Shown: one piece after another, positions 29,411-38,854 of the stretch
Position numbering within the stretch: the first letter of the stretch is position 1
Layout: each line of letters opens with the position of its first letter
DNA from: Alphaproteobacteria bacterium UBA7314
GTDB taxonomy: Bacteria > Pseudomonadota > Alphaproteobacteria > MPNO01 > UBA830
DNA length: 64,000 bases
NCBI GenBank assembly: GCA_002471575.1
Contig: DKQG01000046.1
Coordinates: forward strand, 108,853-172,852
Direction: 5' to 3'
The notes under the pieces: generated by a model
The model's input: the letters and a program-made list of their open reading frames with translations, nothing else
Told to the model about the DNA's origin: nothing
The model's database searches: none
Program-made: the position numbers and the translations under genes

Positions 29411-31692
29411 TCTGCGGCCACTCCGTGAGCGTATTTGGACGCTGGGGTTTGAACCGGCGCATTGAGCGCTACGGCCGATCGCCCGGCCAGCGTTCGTTCC
29501 CTCGAGACGTTTTCGTACAGGGTGGATCTTTGCCGCGCAGTACGGCCAAGACCGGCAATCAGCGCTTCGATTGCCTCCGGCGAGAATTCCTGACCGTGAG
29601 ATGCGCCTGCGGCGCGGGAAATGGACTCATTCATCAGTGTGCCCCCCAGATCATTCGCGCCTGCATTCAGGCAGGCAGCCGCCCCTTCGGTGCCAACCTT
29701 GACCCAACTTGTCTGGATGTTGCGTATGACAGGGTACAGCACTAGCCGCGCGACCGCATGCATGAGAACAGCTTCTCGGAAAGTCGGTCCCCTCCGGGCG
29801 ATCCCCTTAAGATAAATCGGCGCTTCCATGTGCACGAAGGGCAGCGGCACGAATTCTGTAAATCCTCCAGTGCGCTGCTGAAGGTCTCGCAAGCGCAACA
29901 AATGCCCCGCCTGATGTAACGGTTGTTCCAGATGCCCAAACATTATAGTCGCCGTTGACCGCAACCCGACAGCGTGCGCCGTTTCCATCACTCCCAGCCA
30001 CTCGTCGGTGGAGAGTTTGTCGGCGCACAGAACCGCGCGCACTTCATCGTCGAGAATTTCCGCCGCCGTGCCCGGCAACGATCCGAGCCCCGCTTCTTTC
30101 AACCGCGCCAGATAGTCCACGACAGACAACCCAAGCGTCGCTGCACCCTGCGTAATTTCTAGTGGCGAAAACGCGTGGACATGAATATCGGGGGCAGCCG
30201 ATTTCACGGTCTCGACGATCGACGCGTATGTCTCGCCGGTATAATTGGGATGAATACCTCCCTGGAGGCAGACTTCGGTTGCACCGCGCGCCCAGGCTTC
30301 GGACGTCCGCCTTGCGATTTCATCAAGCGCAAGGTCATACGGCACACCACGAAGATTGGCACTCAGCTTCCCTTTTGAAAATGCACAAAACCCGCAACGG
30401 TATCCGCACACATTGGTATAATTGATGTTGCGGTTGACAGCGTAGGTCACGGTATCTCCTGATACCGAAGATCGGAGCGCATCTGCCGCCGCGACCACTT
30501 CGGCATATGCCGAACCACGGGCTTTAAACAGGTCCACGACCCGGTCCACGCTTAACCTGCCCCCTGCAACGGCAATATCGATTGCGCCTCGGACCACAAA
30601 TCCTTCGCCGCCGATCACTGCTGGTGCTCGCGGTGCCTGATCCGGCATGCCGGGAGCCCAACGGTCGTCCCTTGCCAATCCATCGGCATCCATCGAGCGC
30701 AATACTGCCGGCCGCACCGCATCGTCGAGCCAACCGTCCTCAAAAACGTAACGCGGATAAACCGGCAGTCGGGCCGCAAGGGCCCTCCCCTTCGATGCCG
30801 CACCGTTTCGCAGCATGGCGATTTCCGGCCAGGGCGCTTCCGGGTTCACGTGATCGAGCGTAACCGGCGAAACACCGCCCCAGTCGTTGAGTCCCGCTTC
30901 AATAAGTTCAGGAAAATCGTCGGCACTGAGGTTCGGGGGGGCCTGGATAGAGATATCCTGGCCGAACAGCTCGCGGGTCGACCGGATCGTCCATTTCAGG
31001 TCTTCCAGCGACGGCTCCGGCTTATCCGACATCTGCGTCCCCGGTTTCGCCCGGAAATTCTGAATGATGATCTCCTGAATATGGCCATAGCGATCATGCA
31101 GGTGCTTTATCTCTGAGAGGGCCGCAAGCCGTTCATCCCGGGTCTCGCCAATACCGATCAATATGCCGGAGGTAAACGGCACCCGTGCTTCCCCGGCGAG
31201 GCGAATGGTTTCCAATCGGGCAGACGGGTCTTTGTCAGGTGATCCGAAATGGGGACCACCTTTCTGCATCAACGAGGGCGCAACACCCTCCAGCATCATG
31301 CCCATCGATGCGGAAACCGGGCGCAGCAACGCAACATCGTCAGCCGTCATCACCCCGGGATTTAGATGCGGCAGCAAACCGGTCTCTTCAAGCACCAGTC
31401 TCGCCATTTCTGCCAGGTAGGAAATCGTCGTTTCGTGACCTAATTCAGTCAGCTCTTCGTGTGCCGTCCGGTAGCGAAGCTCCGGCTTGTCGCCCAGCGT
31501 GAACAAGGCCTCAGTACACCCTGCGTCGGCTCCCGAGCGGGCGATCGCCAGCACGTCATCAGACGTCAAATAGGCGGTTTCGCCCCGCTTCGGCGGATGC
31601 GCGAAGGTGCAGTAGTGGCACACATTGCGGCACAGCTTCGTCAGCGGGATAAACACCTTGGGACTATAGGTAATTAGGCCGTCGGAAATCAT
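29407..31692 (-). CDS. fbiC: Bifunctional FO synthase (CofG-CofH fusion)
   Basis: Two radical SAM motifs, CRNVCHYC and CGYRCGFC; DWGGVSPVT.DHVNPEAPWP; NDLGGTLMNESISRAAG. Confidence 0.95.
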   Translation of the reverse strand: MISDGLITYSPKVFIPLTKLCRNVCHYCTFAHPPKRGETAYLTSDDVLAIARSGADAGCTEALFTLGDKPELRYRTAHEELTELGHETTISYLAEMARLVLEETGLLPHLNPGVMTADDVALLRPVSASMGMMLEGVAPSLMQKGGPHFGSPDKDPSARLETIRLAGEARVPFTSGILIGIGETRDERLAALSEIKHLHDRYGHIQEIIIQNFRAKPGTQMSDKPEPSLEDLKWTIRSTRELFGQDISIQAPPNLSADDFPELIEAGLNDWGGVSPVTLDHVNPEAPWPEIAMLRNGAASKGRALAARLPVYPRYVFEDGWLDDAVRPAVLRSMDADGLARDDRWAPGMPDQAPRAPAVIGGEGFVVRGAIDIAVAGGRLSVDRVVDLFKARGSAYAEVVAAADALRSSVSGDTVTYAVNRNINYTNVCGYRCGFCAFSKGKLSANLRGVPYDLALDEIARRTSEAWARGATEVCLQGGIHPNYTGETYASIVETVKSAAPDIHVHAFSPLEITQGAATLGLSVVDYLARLKEAGLGSLPGTAAEILDDEVRAVLCADKLSTDEWLGVMETAHAVGLRSTATIMFGHLEQPLHQAGHLLRLRDLQQRTGGFTEFVPLPFVHMEAPIYLKGIARRGPTFREAVLMHAVARLVLYPVIRNIQTSWVKVGTEGAAACLNAGANDLGGTLMNESISRAAGASHGQEFSPEAIEALIAGLGRTARQRSTLYENVSRERTLAGRSAVALNAPVQTPASKYAHGVAAE

Positions 31693-31992
31693 CAGTGGTG
31701 CAACCGCAATAGAGGAAATTTAATGCAATGCCGTCGCCCGCATTGGGATCTCAATACGCGACCTTGATGCTGAGACAGAAAAGGGTGAATCCACGACGGG
31801 GTCAAGTGATGCTTCTTAAATAAAAGGGTATGCTTTCAGAGCCCGAAGATGCATCTGGCATCAATCCATAGTCGGGCCGAAAACCACTACATCGCAAGTC
31901 TGATGAACGTTCACAGACACATTTGGATGGTGCTGAATGACCCCGCTTCGAAGTGCGACTAAGTCTGTTTTGCCGGAACAAAGAAGCTCAGG

Positions 31993-32742
31993 CTAGTAAC
32001 CTACTATCACCTCACCTGAATTGGGGCTGATTACCTGGCCGGAAACCAGATCGGTCTCTGCACTAGCGAGCCACGCGACGGCGTAGGATATATCGATCGG
32101 TTTACAGAATTGTCCCAGTGGCATGAGTTTCTCACGCTCCGCGATTTTTTCTGGCGGGTTGGAGCCCTGCGTCATGCCGGTGACAATGAAACCCGGGGCG
32201 ACAGCATTGACCTTGATCCGCCATGGCGCGAGCTCCCGCGCCCAACTTTTGGTGAATCCGGAAATCGCCGCCTTCGAAGCCGCGTAGTGGCTAGCCAACT
32301 GGCTACCGCCCATGGCGTAGATCGACGAGATATTGATGACCTTTCCGTCCTTCTTTTCCTTCATGCCAGGAAGAACGGTCTGGGTGGCAAAGAACGTGCC
32401 GCGTACATGCACTTCGAACATCTGATTATATATGTCTTCCGTGATGTCCTCTATCGTGCGCCGCGCGCCACCGACGCCGGCATTGTTGACCAGAACGTCA
32501 ACCGGGCCGGCCGCCCTGATTCCGTCTGTGAACGCAGGCACGTCCCGGATATCGGCGACGACGACCGTCGCGTCGCGCCCATGGCCCCGAACCATCTCTG
32601 CGGTTTCTTCTGCACCATCAGCCTTGATGTCGTGAACGACGATGTCCGCGCCGCGTTCCGCCATAAGCACAGCGTGGCTCTGCCCCATGCCACCGCCGGC
32701 ACCAGTAATTAGCGCGCGTTTTCCTTCGAGCGTCGCAGTCAT
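31993..32742 (-). CDS. Short-chain dehydrogenase/reductase
   Basis: TGAGGGMG, NNAG and YAASK motifs. Confidence 0.92.
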   Translation of the reverse strand: MTATLEGKRALITGAGGGMGQSHAVLMAERGADIVVHDIKADGAEETAEMVRGHGRDATVVVADIRDVPAFTDGIRAAGPVDVLVNNAGVGGARRTIEDITEDIYNQMFEVHVRGTFFATQTVLPGMKEKKDGKVINISSIYAMGGSQLASHYAASKAAISGFTKSWARELAPWRIKVNAVAPGFIVTGMTQGSNPPEKIAEREKLMPLGQFCKPIDISYAVAWLASAETDLVSGQVISPNSGEVIVGY

Positions 32743-32829
32743 GCTTCCTCCCCGTAGATTGTTCACAAGCTAGCGAGTTCGGTATACTTCGCCAAAACAA
32801 CAAATGCTATCTGAGCGAGGCACCGCGGC

Positions 32830-34194
32830 ATGGGCGACCCGAATTACGATCCGAAGAACCACAAACTGATGACTTTCCATGACGCCATCGCAAAATTCCG
32901 CGACGGGTCTGATACACCCCGCGCGTATCTGGAACGCTGCCTGGAAAGAATAGACGCCATTGAAAATGATGTGATGGCATGGGAAATCATCAATACGGAA
33001 CCAGCCCGCATGGCGGCGGACGATGCCGGCAAACGCTATGCGGACGGCAATCCGCTGTCGCCTGTCGACGGCATGCCGATTGGCATCAAGGACCTAATCG
33101 AGACCGTCGATATGCCAACTGAGTATGGCAGTGAGCTGTTCAGGGATCACCGGCCGATCCGTGACGCAGCCTCTGTAAACGCACTGCGTAAAGGTGGAGC
33201 TATCATTCTGGGCAAGACGGTGACGGTTACCTTTGGGGGGGGCGATCCGTCCCGCACCCGCAATCCGCACGATCTGACCCGCACGCCGGGAGGATCTTCG
33301 TCCGGTACAGCGGCGGCGGTCGGCGGCGGCACCATACCGGGTGCGCTTGGCACGCATGCGCGCGGATCCACGATACGCCCGGCCAGTTTTTGCGGCGCCT
33401 ACGCGATCAAGGCCACGTTCGGTGCGCTGAACCGACAGGGAGTATTTTCCGCGGCGCACAGCATGGATCATCTTGGTGTATTCGGCGGCGATCTATCGGA
33501 TGTCTGGACCATGTCGCGGCATATTTCGAAACACGGTGGCGGCGACCCGGGGTACCCAGGCCTTTTCGGCGGAGATAGGGCGCCGCCGCCTCGAAAACCG
33601 GCACGCCTGATCCGGTTGGAAACCGCAGGATGGAACCAGACCGATGATGCCACTAAAGCTGTGTTCGAAGATTTCCTTGGGGGCTTGCGTGACGCTGGCA
33701 TTGAAATTTTCGACCGGACCGATGACCCGTCGATTGACGCCTATGAGCAGGTCTTCGCCGATATCCCGGAACTCTGGCGCAGCCTGTACCGTTTCGAATT
33801 CCAATGGCCGATGCTGCAATACAAGGAACGCTACCCGGATCAGATACCGCCTCGCCTCCTGATGGGATTGAAGGAAGCTGAAGGGCTGAGCCAGGCCGAA
33901 TACCGGGAGGCGTTAAACCGCCGGGTACGAATTCGCGACCTACACCGACAGCTGAGTCATCGCGCCGATGCTTTTGTCACGTTGTCGTCTCCCGGTCCCG
34001 GCCCGGTTGGCTTGGACCAGGGCAGCGCCGTGTACAATGAAGGATCGTCCGTGATCGGCATGCCGGCGCTGTCGCTGCCGCTGATGGCCGTCGACAGCGC
34101 ACCTGTAGGCGTGCAGATACTCGGCCAGTTCGACGAGGACGAACGCCTAACCGCCATCGGGCGATGGATAGCGGAAGAGCATTTCAATAGCTGA
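32830..34194 (+). CDS. Amidase-signature family enzyme
   Basis: GIKDLI, TPGGSSSG and GTHARGSTIRPASFCG motifs. Confidence 0.9.
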   Translation: MGDPNYDPKNHKLMTFHDAIAKFRDGSDTPRAYLERCLERIDAIENDVMAWEIINTEPARMAADDAGKRYADGNPLSPVDGMPIGIKDLIETVDMPTEYGSELFRDHRPIRDAASVNALRKGGAIILGKTVTVTFGGGDPSRTRNPHDLTRTPGGSSSGTAAAVGGGTIPGALGTHARGSTIRPASFCGAYAIKATFGALNRQGVFSAAHSMDHLGVFGGDLSDVWTMSRHISKHGGGDPGYPGLFGGDRAPPPRKPARLIRLETAGWNQTDDATKAVFEDFLGGLRDAGIEIFDRTDDPSIDAYEQVFADIPELWRSLYRFEFQWPMLQYKERYPDQIPPRLLMGLKEAEGLSQAEYREALNRRVRIRDLHRQLSHRADAFVTLSSPGPGPVGLDQGSAVYNEGSSVIGMPALSLPLMAVDSAPVGVQILGQFDEDERLTAIGRWIAEEHFNS

Positions 34195-34208
34195 ACGTGG
34201 AGACTGGA

Positions 34209-34964
34209 ATGTCCAGGCTTAAAGACAGGGTCGCCGTAATCACCGGTGGATCGCAGGGGATCGGCGCGGCTTACGCGCGTAGTTTTACGGCGGAAGGTGC
34301 AAAGGTCGTGATCGCTGATGTTGCGCCTGCTGACAATCTAATCGCCGAGATTGAGGAAGTGGGCGGCACCGCGATGTTTATTGAAACCGACGTTACGAAC
34401 GAGGCAGCCGTTACCAAAATGGCAACCATGGCGGTGGATGCATTCGGCCGGATCGATGTGCTGGTGAACAACGCGGCGCTGTGGGTGAACATTCCCGCAA
34501 AACCGATCCTGGATATCCCTAAGGAGGAATGGGACAGGGTTCTCGACGTCAACATCAACGGTATGTTCCTCTGTACCAAAGCTGTAGTGCCGCAAATGCG
34601 GGCACAAGGATATGGCAAAATCATTAATATCTCATCGGGGCGCGCGCTGAAGGGATATACCAACCTTCTACACTACGACACATCCAAGGGGGCCGTTATC
34701 TCTTTCACCCGATCAATCGCCCGCGAACTGGGCGATGACGGTATCCGGGCCAATACAATCGCACCCGGCGGTATCATGACGGAGGCAGTGCTGGCACATG
34801 ATGTTGTCCGAACCCACATCGCCAAGGGGACGGCAACCCGCGCAATCAAACGAGAACAGGTACCGGAGGACGTAGTCGGTGCCTGCATCTTTCTCGCCAG
34901 CGCGGAGAGTGATTTCATCACGGGTCAGGTTCTGGCAGTCGACGGTGGTTCTGCGATGAACTGA
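34209..34964 (+). CDS. Short-chain dehydrogenase/reductase
   Basis: TGGSQGIG, NNAA and YDTSK motifs. Confidence 0.92.
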   Translation: MSRLKDRVAVITGGSQGIGAAYARSFTAEGAKVVIADVAPADNLIAEIEEVGGTAMFIETDVTNEAAVTKMATMAVDAFGRIDVLVNNAALWVNIPAKPILDIPKEEWDRVLDVNINGMFLCTKAVVPQMRAQGYGKIINISSGRALKGYTNLLHYDTSKGAVISFTRSIARELGDDGIRANTIAPGGIMTEAVLAHDVVRTHIAKGTATRAIKREQVPEDVVGACIFLASAESDFITGQVLAVDGGSAMN

Positions 34965-34983
34965 CAAGCGCCGGATTTGCGCC

Positions 34984-35026
34984 TTGCAATCGAGGTGCAC
35001 ATCAACTATATAATATCAAATGATAT
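34984..35026 (+). promoter_or_regulatory. ligAB promoter with palindromic operator ATATCA-AA-TGATAT
   Basis: TTGCAA at 34984, TATATAAT at 35007-35014, inverted repeat at 35013-35026. Confidence 0.6.
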
Positions 35027-35044
35027 GATGCAGAGTGTGGATTC

Positions 35045-35407
35045 ATGACTGAACAGGTCGATAAATCCCGTCCGATAGAAAACACTACAGTTTTCACTTC
35101 GGAAGAAACCCAGCGTGGATACAGGCTCAACAAGTTTGCTATGTCCATGTGTAAACCGGAAAATCGGGAGGCGTTCGTGGAGGACGAAGAAGCGGTCCTT
35201 GCGGCAGCCGATCTGACAGAGACGGAACGCCAACTGATCCGCGACCGTGACTGGCGCACAATCATGGACGAGCATGGCGGCAATATTTACATGATCATTA
35301 AGATCGGTGCCGTTATCGGGCACGGGCTGTATCAGATCGGCGCGCATCAGCGAGGCGAAACCTATGAGGAATTCCTCTCTACCCGCAACGCCGCAGGCGC
35401 AAGGTAG
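35045..35407 (+). CDS. ligA: Protocatechuate/gallate 4,5-dioxygenase alpha subunit
   Basis: GYRLNKFAMSM.KPENREAF..DE...GGNIY..KIG. Confidence 0.88.
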   Translation: MTEQVDKSRPIENTTVFTSEETQRGYRLNKFAMSMCKPENREAFVEDEEAVLAAADLTETERQLIRDRDWRTIMDEHGGNIYMIIKIGAVIGHGLYQIGAHQRGETYEEFLSTRNAAGAR

Positions 35408-35419
35408 AGAGAACCCGTC

Positions 35420-36274
35420 ATGGCTAAAATAATCGCCGGTATCGGCACATCTCATGTACCGTCTATCGGTGTCGTCCACGATCAGGGACGCCATGACGAG
35501 CCCGACTGGAAACCCTTGTTCGACGCCTACGGACCCGTCAAGAAATGGCTGAACGAGATCAAACCGGACATCGCCATCGTCGTTTATAACGACCACGGTT
35601 GCGATTTCTTCTTTGACAAATACCCGACCTTCGCGATCGGTGCCGCCGAGAAATACGAGGTGGGCGACGAAGGTTGGGGCCGCCGTCCCCTGCCCGCTTT
35701 TGCGGGCAATCCCGACTTTTCCTGGCACCTCTGCAATTCGCTGGTATATGACGAATTCGACATCACGGTATGCCAAGAAATGGCTGTCGAACACGGCTTC
35801 ATGGTGCCGATGCACCTTTGCTGGGACCACAATGATACATGGCCGGTGCAGGTCGTGCCCGTGGCGGTGAACGTGATCCAGCATCCGTTGCCCACCGCTC
35901 TGCGCTGCTGGAAACTTGGCCAGGCGATCCGCAGGGCTGTAGAGAGTTGCCCCGATGATCTAAAAGTCGTGATCCTTGGAACGGGCGGCATGTCGCACCA
36001 GCTGAATGGTGCCCGCTTCGGTCATCTGAATACGGACTTCGACAAAGACTTCCTCGACAAGATTGAAGCCGACCCCATGGCACTGACGGAAATGACCCAT
36101 CAGCACATAATGGAAGAAGCCGGTGCAGAAGCCGTCGAGTTAATTATGTGGCTGACCATGCGCGGTGCACTGAGTAGCGACGTCAGCCGCGTACATCGGA
36201 ATTACTATGCGCCCATGACCACGGGTATGGGCCTTATCGCTATGGAAGACGCTTGCCTGAACAGGCTGACCTAA
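35420..36274 (+). CDS. ligB: Class III extradiol dioxygenase beta subunit
   Basis: GTSHVPSIG, VYNDH, EHGFMVPM, GTGGMSHQL and EAVELIMW motifs. Confidence 0.93.
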   Translation: MAKIIAGIGTSHVPSIGVVHDQGRHDEPDWKPLFDAYGPVKKWLNEIKPDIAIVVYNDHGCDFFFDKYPTFAIGAAEKYEVGDEGWGRRPLPAFAGNPDFSWHLCNSLVYDEFDITVCQEMAVEHGFMVPMHLCWDHNDTWPVQVVPVAVNVIQHPLPTALRCWKLGQAIRRAVESCPDDLKVVILGTGGMSHQLNGARFGHLNTDFDKDFLDKIEADPMALTEMTHQHIMEEAGAEAVELIMWLTMRGALSSDVSRVHRNYYAPMTTGMGLIAMEDACLNRLT

Positions 36275-36539
36275 TCAACACACACGGAAAGCTGTATAGG
36301 GGGAGCTCGCGTCGTCATCATCAGCGGCGGGCCGAGTGCCTGCTCTGGCACCTGACCTAGATGCCCTAAAAGTTGCCGAATAACGACCCGTTCGACCAAT
36401 GCATCCATGAGGGCAAACTAATGTATCTATCCAAGCCAGAAAAGGCGATGGCCGCGCTGTTGGAGCAATATTCGGACCTACCGTTCGAGGGGTTACTGAC
36501 GCGGCCCTCGGGAAAGAACTGGGGGTCCATCAGCGACAT

Positions 36540-37046
36540 TCAATCGATTGCCTCATACTTATCCCGTTTAACACCGGCCAGGTTCTGACCCTCCACACGG
36601 ATTAGGCGGGTGGTGGCAGTGCGCGACGGCGAATGCAGGTCACCCTCGTTATAGAGATGCGCGTGCCCCCGGGTCAGATCATATTCCCTGACCTTCTTCA
36701 CCTTGCCAGGCTCACCGTCTTTCGGGGACTTGACCTTTTCCCAGTCGGTCATCGTGGTGACGCCATCAGCCTGCGAATAGATTGCCCAGCTGGGACCATG
36801 GTCATGAGGATTGGAACCCTTTGCTCCTTCGTAAACGTGCGCAAGGATACAGAATCCATGCTTTTCGTCTTCGTAAATCAACTGTCGTGGCGTCGTGTTT
36901 TCGGGGCCGAGATGCGTTGCAACGAAATCATCATCCTCGCAGGCCATTGCGACGTAGTCGCGAACTTTTGCACGTCCTGCAGGGCCTGGATCGACATCCA
37001 TCGCAGCGCGGCAATCGGCTGACAGTTTTTCGAGTGTATAGCTCAT
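36540..37046 (-). CDS. Cysteine-dioxygenase-like cupin protein
   Basis: PHDHGPSWAIY...GDLHSP motif set. Confidence 0.65.
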   Translation of the reverse strand: MSYTLEKLSADCRAAMDVDPGPAGRAKVRDYVAMACEDDDFVATHLGPENTTPRQLIYEDEKHGFCILAHVYEGAKGSNPHDHGPSWAIYSQADGVTTMTDWEKVKSPKDGEPGKVKKVREYDLTRGHAHLYNEGDLHSPSRTATTRLIRVEGQNLAGVKRDKYEAID

Positions 37047-37132
37047 TGGGTGAGAAACTCCAGTCGTATGCAAATATCGCGGTATTTTAGTCTCGTTGAC
37101 AGATAGCGCAATTCGCCCGGATATCCTTTATG

Positions 37133-38734
37133 TCAATCAAAGACGGTTTCCGAATAATGATTTGCATCGACAATGGCTTCGATCACCGTTGGACCATCCG
37201 ACCGGAGTGCCTTGCCGAGTTCGGCCCGCAGTGTTTCCATATTTCGGGCGCCTACCGCAGGTACGCCGAAGTAATGCTCGGGCGGGTCGCGATACTCCTC
37301 TTCCTGCAGCGCAGTGCCATAGATCGGCAACTGGCGGCGTTCCTGTTTTACCCGTATCAGGCCAAGCCAGCGGTCGTCGAGCACCACGACCGGCAGGCAG
37401 ATGCCAAGTCGCTTGGCTGTCGCCATCTCGCCACAGGTCATCTGGAAACATCCGTCACCCAAAACGCAGACCACCGGTAAATCCGGTCGCGCTAGTTTGG
37501 CTGCGATAGCAGACGGCAAGCCGAACCCCATCGAAGACCAACCATTAGTAATGTGAAACGTTCTCGGCGCGTGGCTTGTCCATTGGCTGGCGATCTGATG
37601 TGTATGGGCTCCGACATCGAATGTCAGGATTCCATCCACTGGGAGCATGTCGCGAACCACGTCGATCGCCTCGTGAGGGCTAAAATTTTCTTCGTTAGGG
37701 CGTAGGGCCGCCTGAAAAGCCGTTCGGTGGCTTTCTATCTCCGCATCTGTCCAGTCGTTTTGACACTGTTCCGCACCGACAAATGCCGACAGGGCATCAT
37801 CGAGATCTCCTGTCACTTCTCCTTTTACCTGGACGGATGGTGCGACGTCGGCCTTTTCGATATCGACCTGGAGCAGCGGCGTATCGCCGATCCAGGCTTC
37901 GTATTCCACCTCTATGGTATCGTACCCCAACCCTACGATCAGGTCCGATTTTCGCAGGAATGCTCGCTGCATCTGCCTCTTGCCCCGCTCGATACAGCCG
38001 ATAGATAACGGATGATCTTCGTCGATCATCCCTTTAGCCATTGTAGTGGTGGCGAATGGAATTCCGTGATGTTGGACAAAGCTTCGCAACAAATCCGGGT
38101 TTGCCATCCGCATCGCACTGGAGCCTATCAGGGCTATCGGACGCTTCGCCGCACTGAGTATTTCGTGGCCAGCGTCTATCGCGGCAGCATCCGCTGGTGA
38201 AATTCGGCCGAGCACGGGGATCTCGGGAATACTCTCCGTCGCCGGCGCCAGCGCGACGTCCTCCGGCAGGTCAAGATGCACTGGCCCTCTCGGTTCCGAC
38301 ATCGCGATTGCGACAGCTTCGATGACAGTTTCGGCAACCGACCCTTCTCGTAAGGCCAGCGTCGCCTTGGTGATCGGCGCAAACAGCTGATGGTGATCGA
38401 TATACATCTGAATCCGTCGCCCAAGCTGATCGGTATTCAGATTGCAGGTGATCGCGATCATGGGCGAGCGATCGAGCCAGGCATTGCCGACGCCTGTCGC
38501 GAGGTTGGTCGCACCCGGTCCAAGCGTTGCAATTCCGAGACCCGGCGCATCGGTCATGCGACCCATAACATCGGCTGCAAAACCGGCGGATCCTTCGTGC
38601 GCCGTCAGGACGAAGGGCAGATCGTGGAGCCGCATAGCGTCCATTAGTGGCAATACATTTCCGCTGGGTATTCCGAAACCGTAAGTGGTTCCCGCCCGTT
38701 TGAGGATTTGAACAATTAGTTCCGCGTTGTTCAT
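37133..38734 (-). CDS. Thiamine pyrophosphate-dependent enzyme (acetolactate synthase-like)
   Basis: AHEGSAGFAA, GPGATN, DVGAH, SMGFGLP and GDGCF motifs. Confidence 0.9.
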   Translation of the reverse strand: MNNAELIVQILKRAGTTYGFGIPSGNVLPLMDAMRLHDLPFVLTAHEGSAGFAADVMGRMTDAPGLGIATLGPGATNLATGVGNAWLDRSPMIAITCNLNTDQLGRRIQMYIDHHQLFAPITKATLALREGSVAETVIEAVAIAMSEPRGPVHLDLPEDVALAPATESIPEIPVLGRISPADAAAIDAGHEILSAAKRPIALIGSSAMRMANPDLLRSFVQHHGIPFATTTMAKGMIDEDHPLSIGCIERGKRQMQRAFLRKSDLIVGLGYDTIEVEYEAWIGDTPLLQVDIEKADVAPSVQVKGEVTGDLDDALSAFVGAEQCQNDWTDAEIESHRTAFQAALRPNEENFSPHEAIDVVRDMLPVDGILTFDVGAHTHQIASQWTSHAPRTFHITNGWSSMGFGLPSAIAAKLARPDLPVVCVLGDGCFQMTCGEMATAKRLGICLPVVVLDDRWLGLIRVKQERRQLPIYGTALQEEEYRDPPEHYFGVPAVGARNMETLRAELGKALRSDGPTVIEAIVDANHYSETVFD

Positions 38735-38854
38735 GGTCTATTCCGTTTGCTTTGCACCCACATACCCTGCACCTCGGGTGGGTGCAACCAAATGCATAAG
38801 CCTATAGCGCAGTGTCGCATTGACATCAGGTCCTGTGCCACACAGTTTGCGGCG

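Noticed and set aside
31700-31990. Possible riboswitch or ncRNA upstream of fbiC
   Set aside because: No recognisable conserved RNA motif or terminator; an Rfam search would be needed.
36280-36540. Possible FAD-monooxygenase N-terminal remnant (RVVIISGGP)
   Set aside because: The similarity is too short and degenerate to support.
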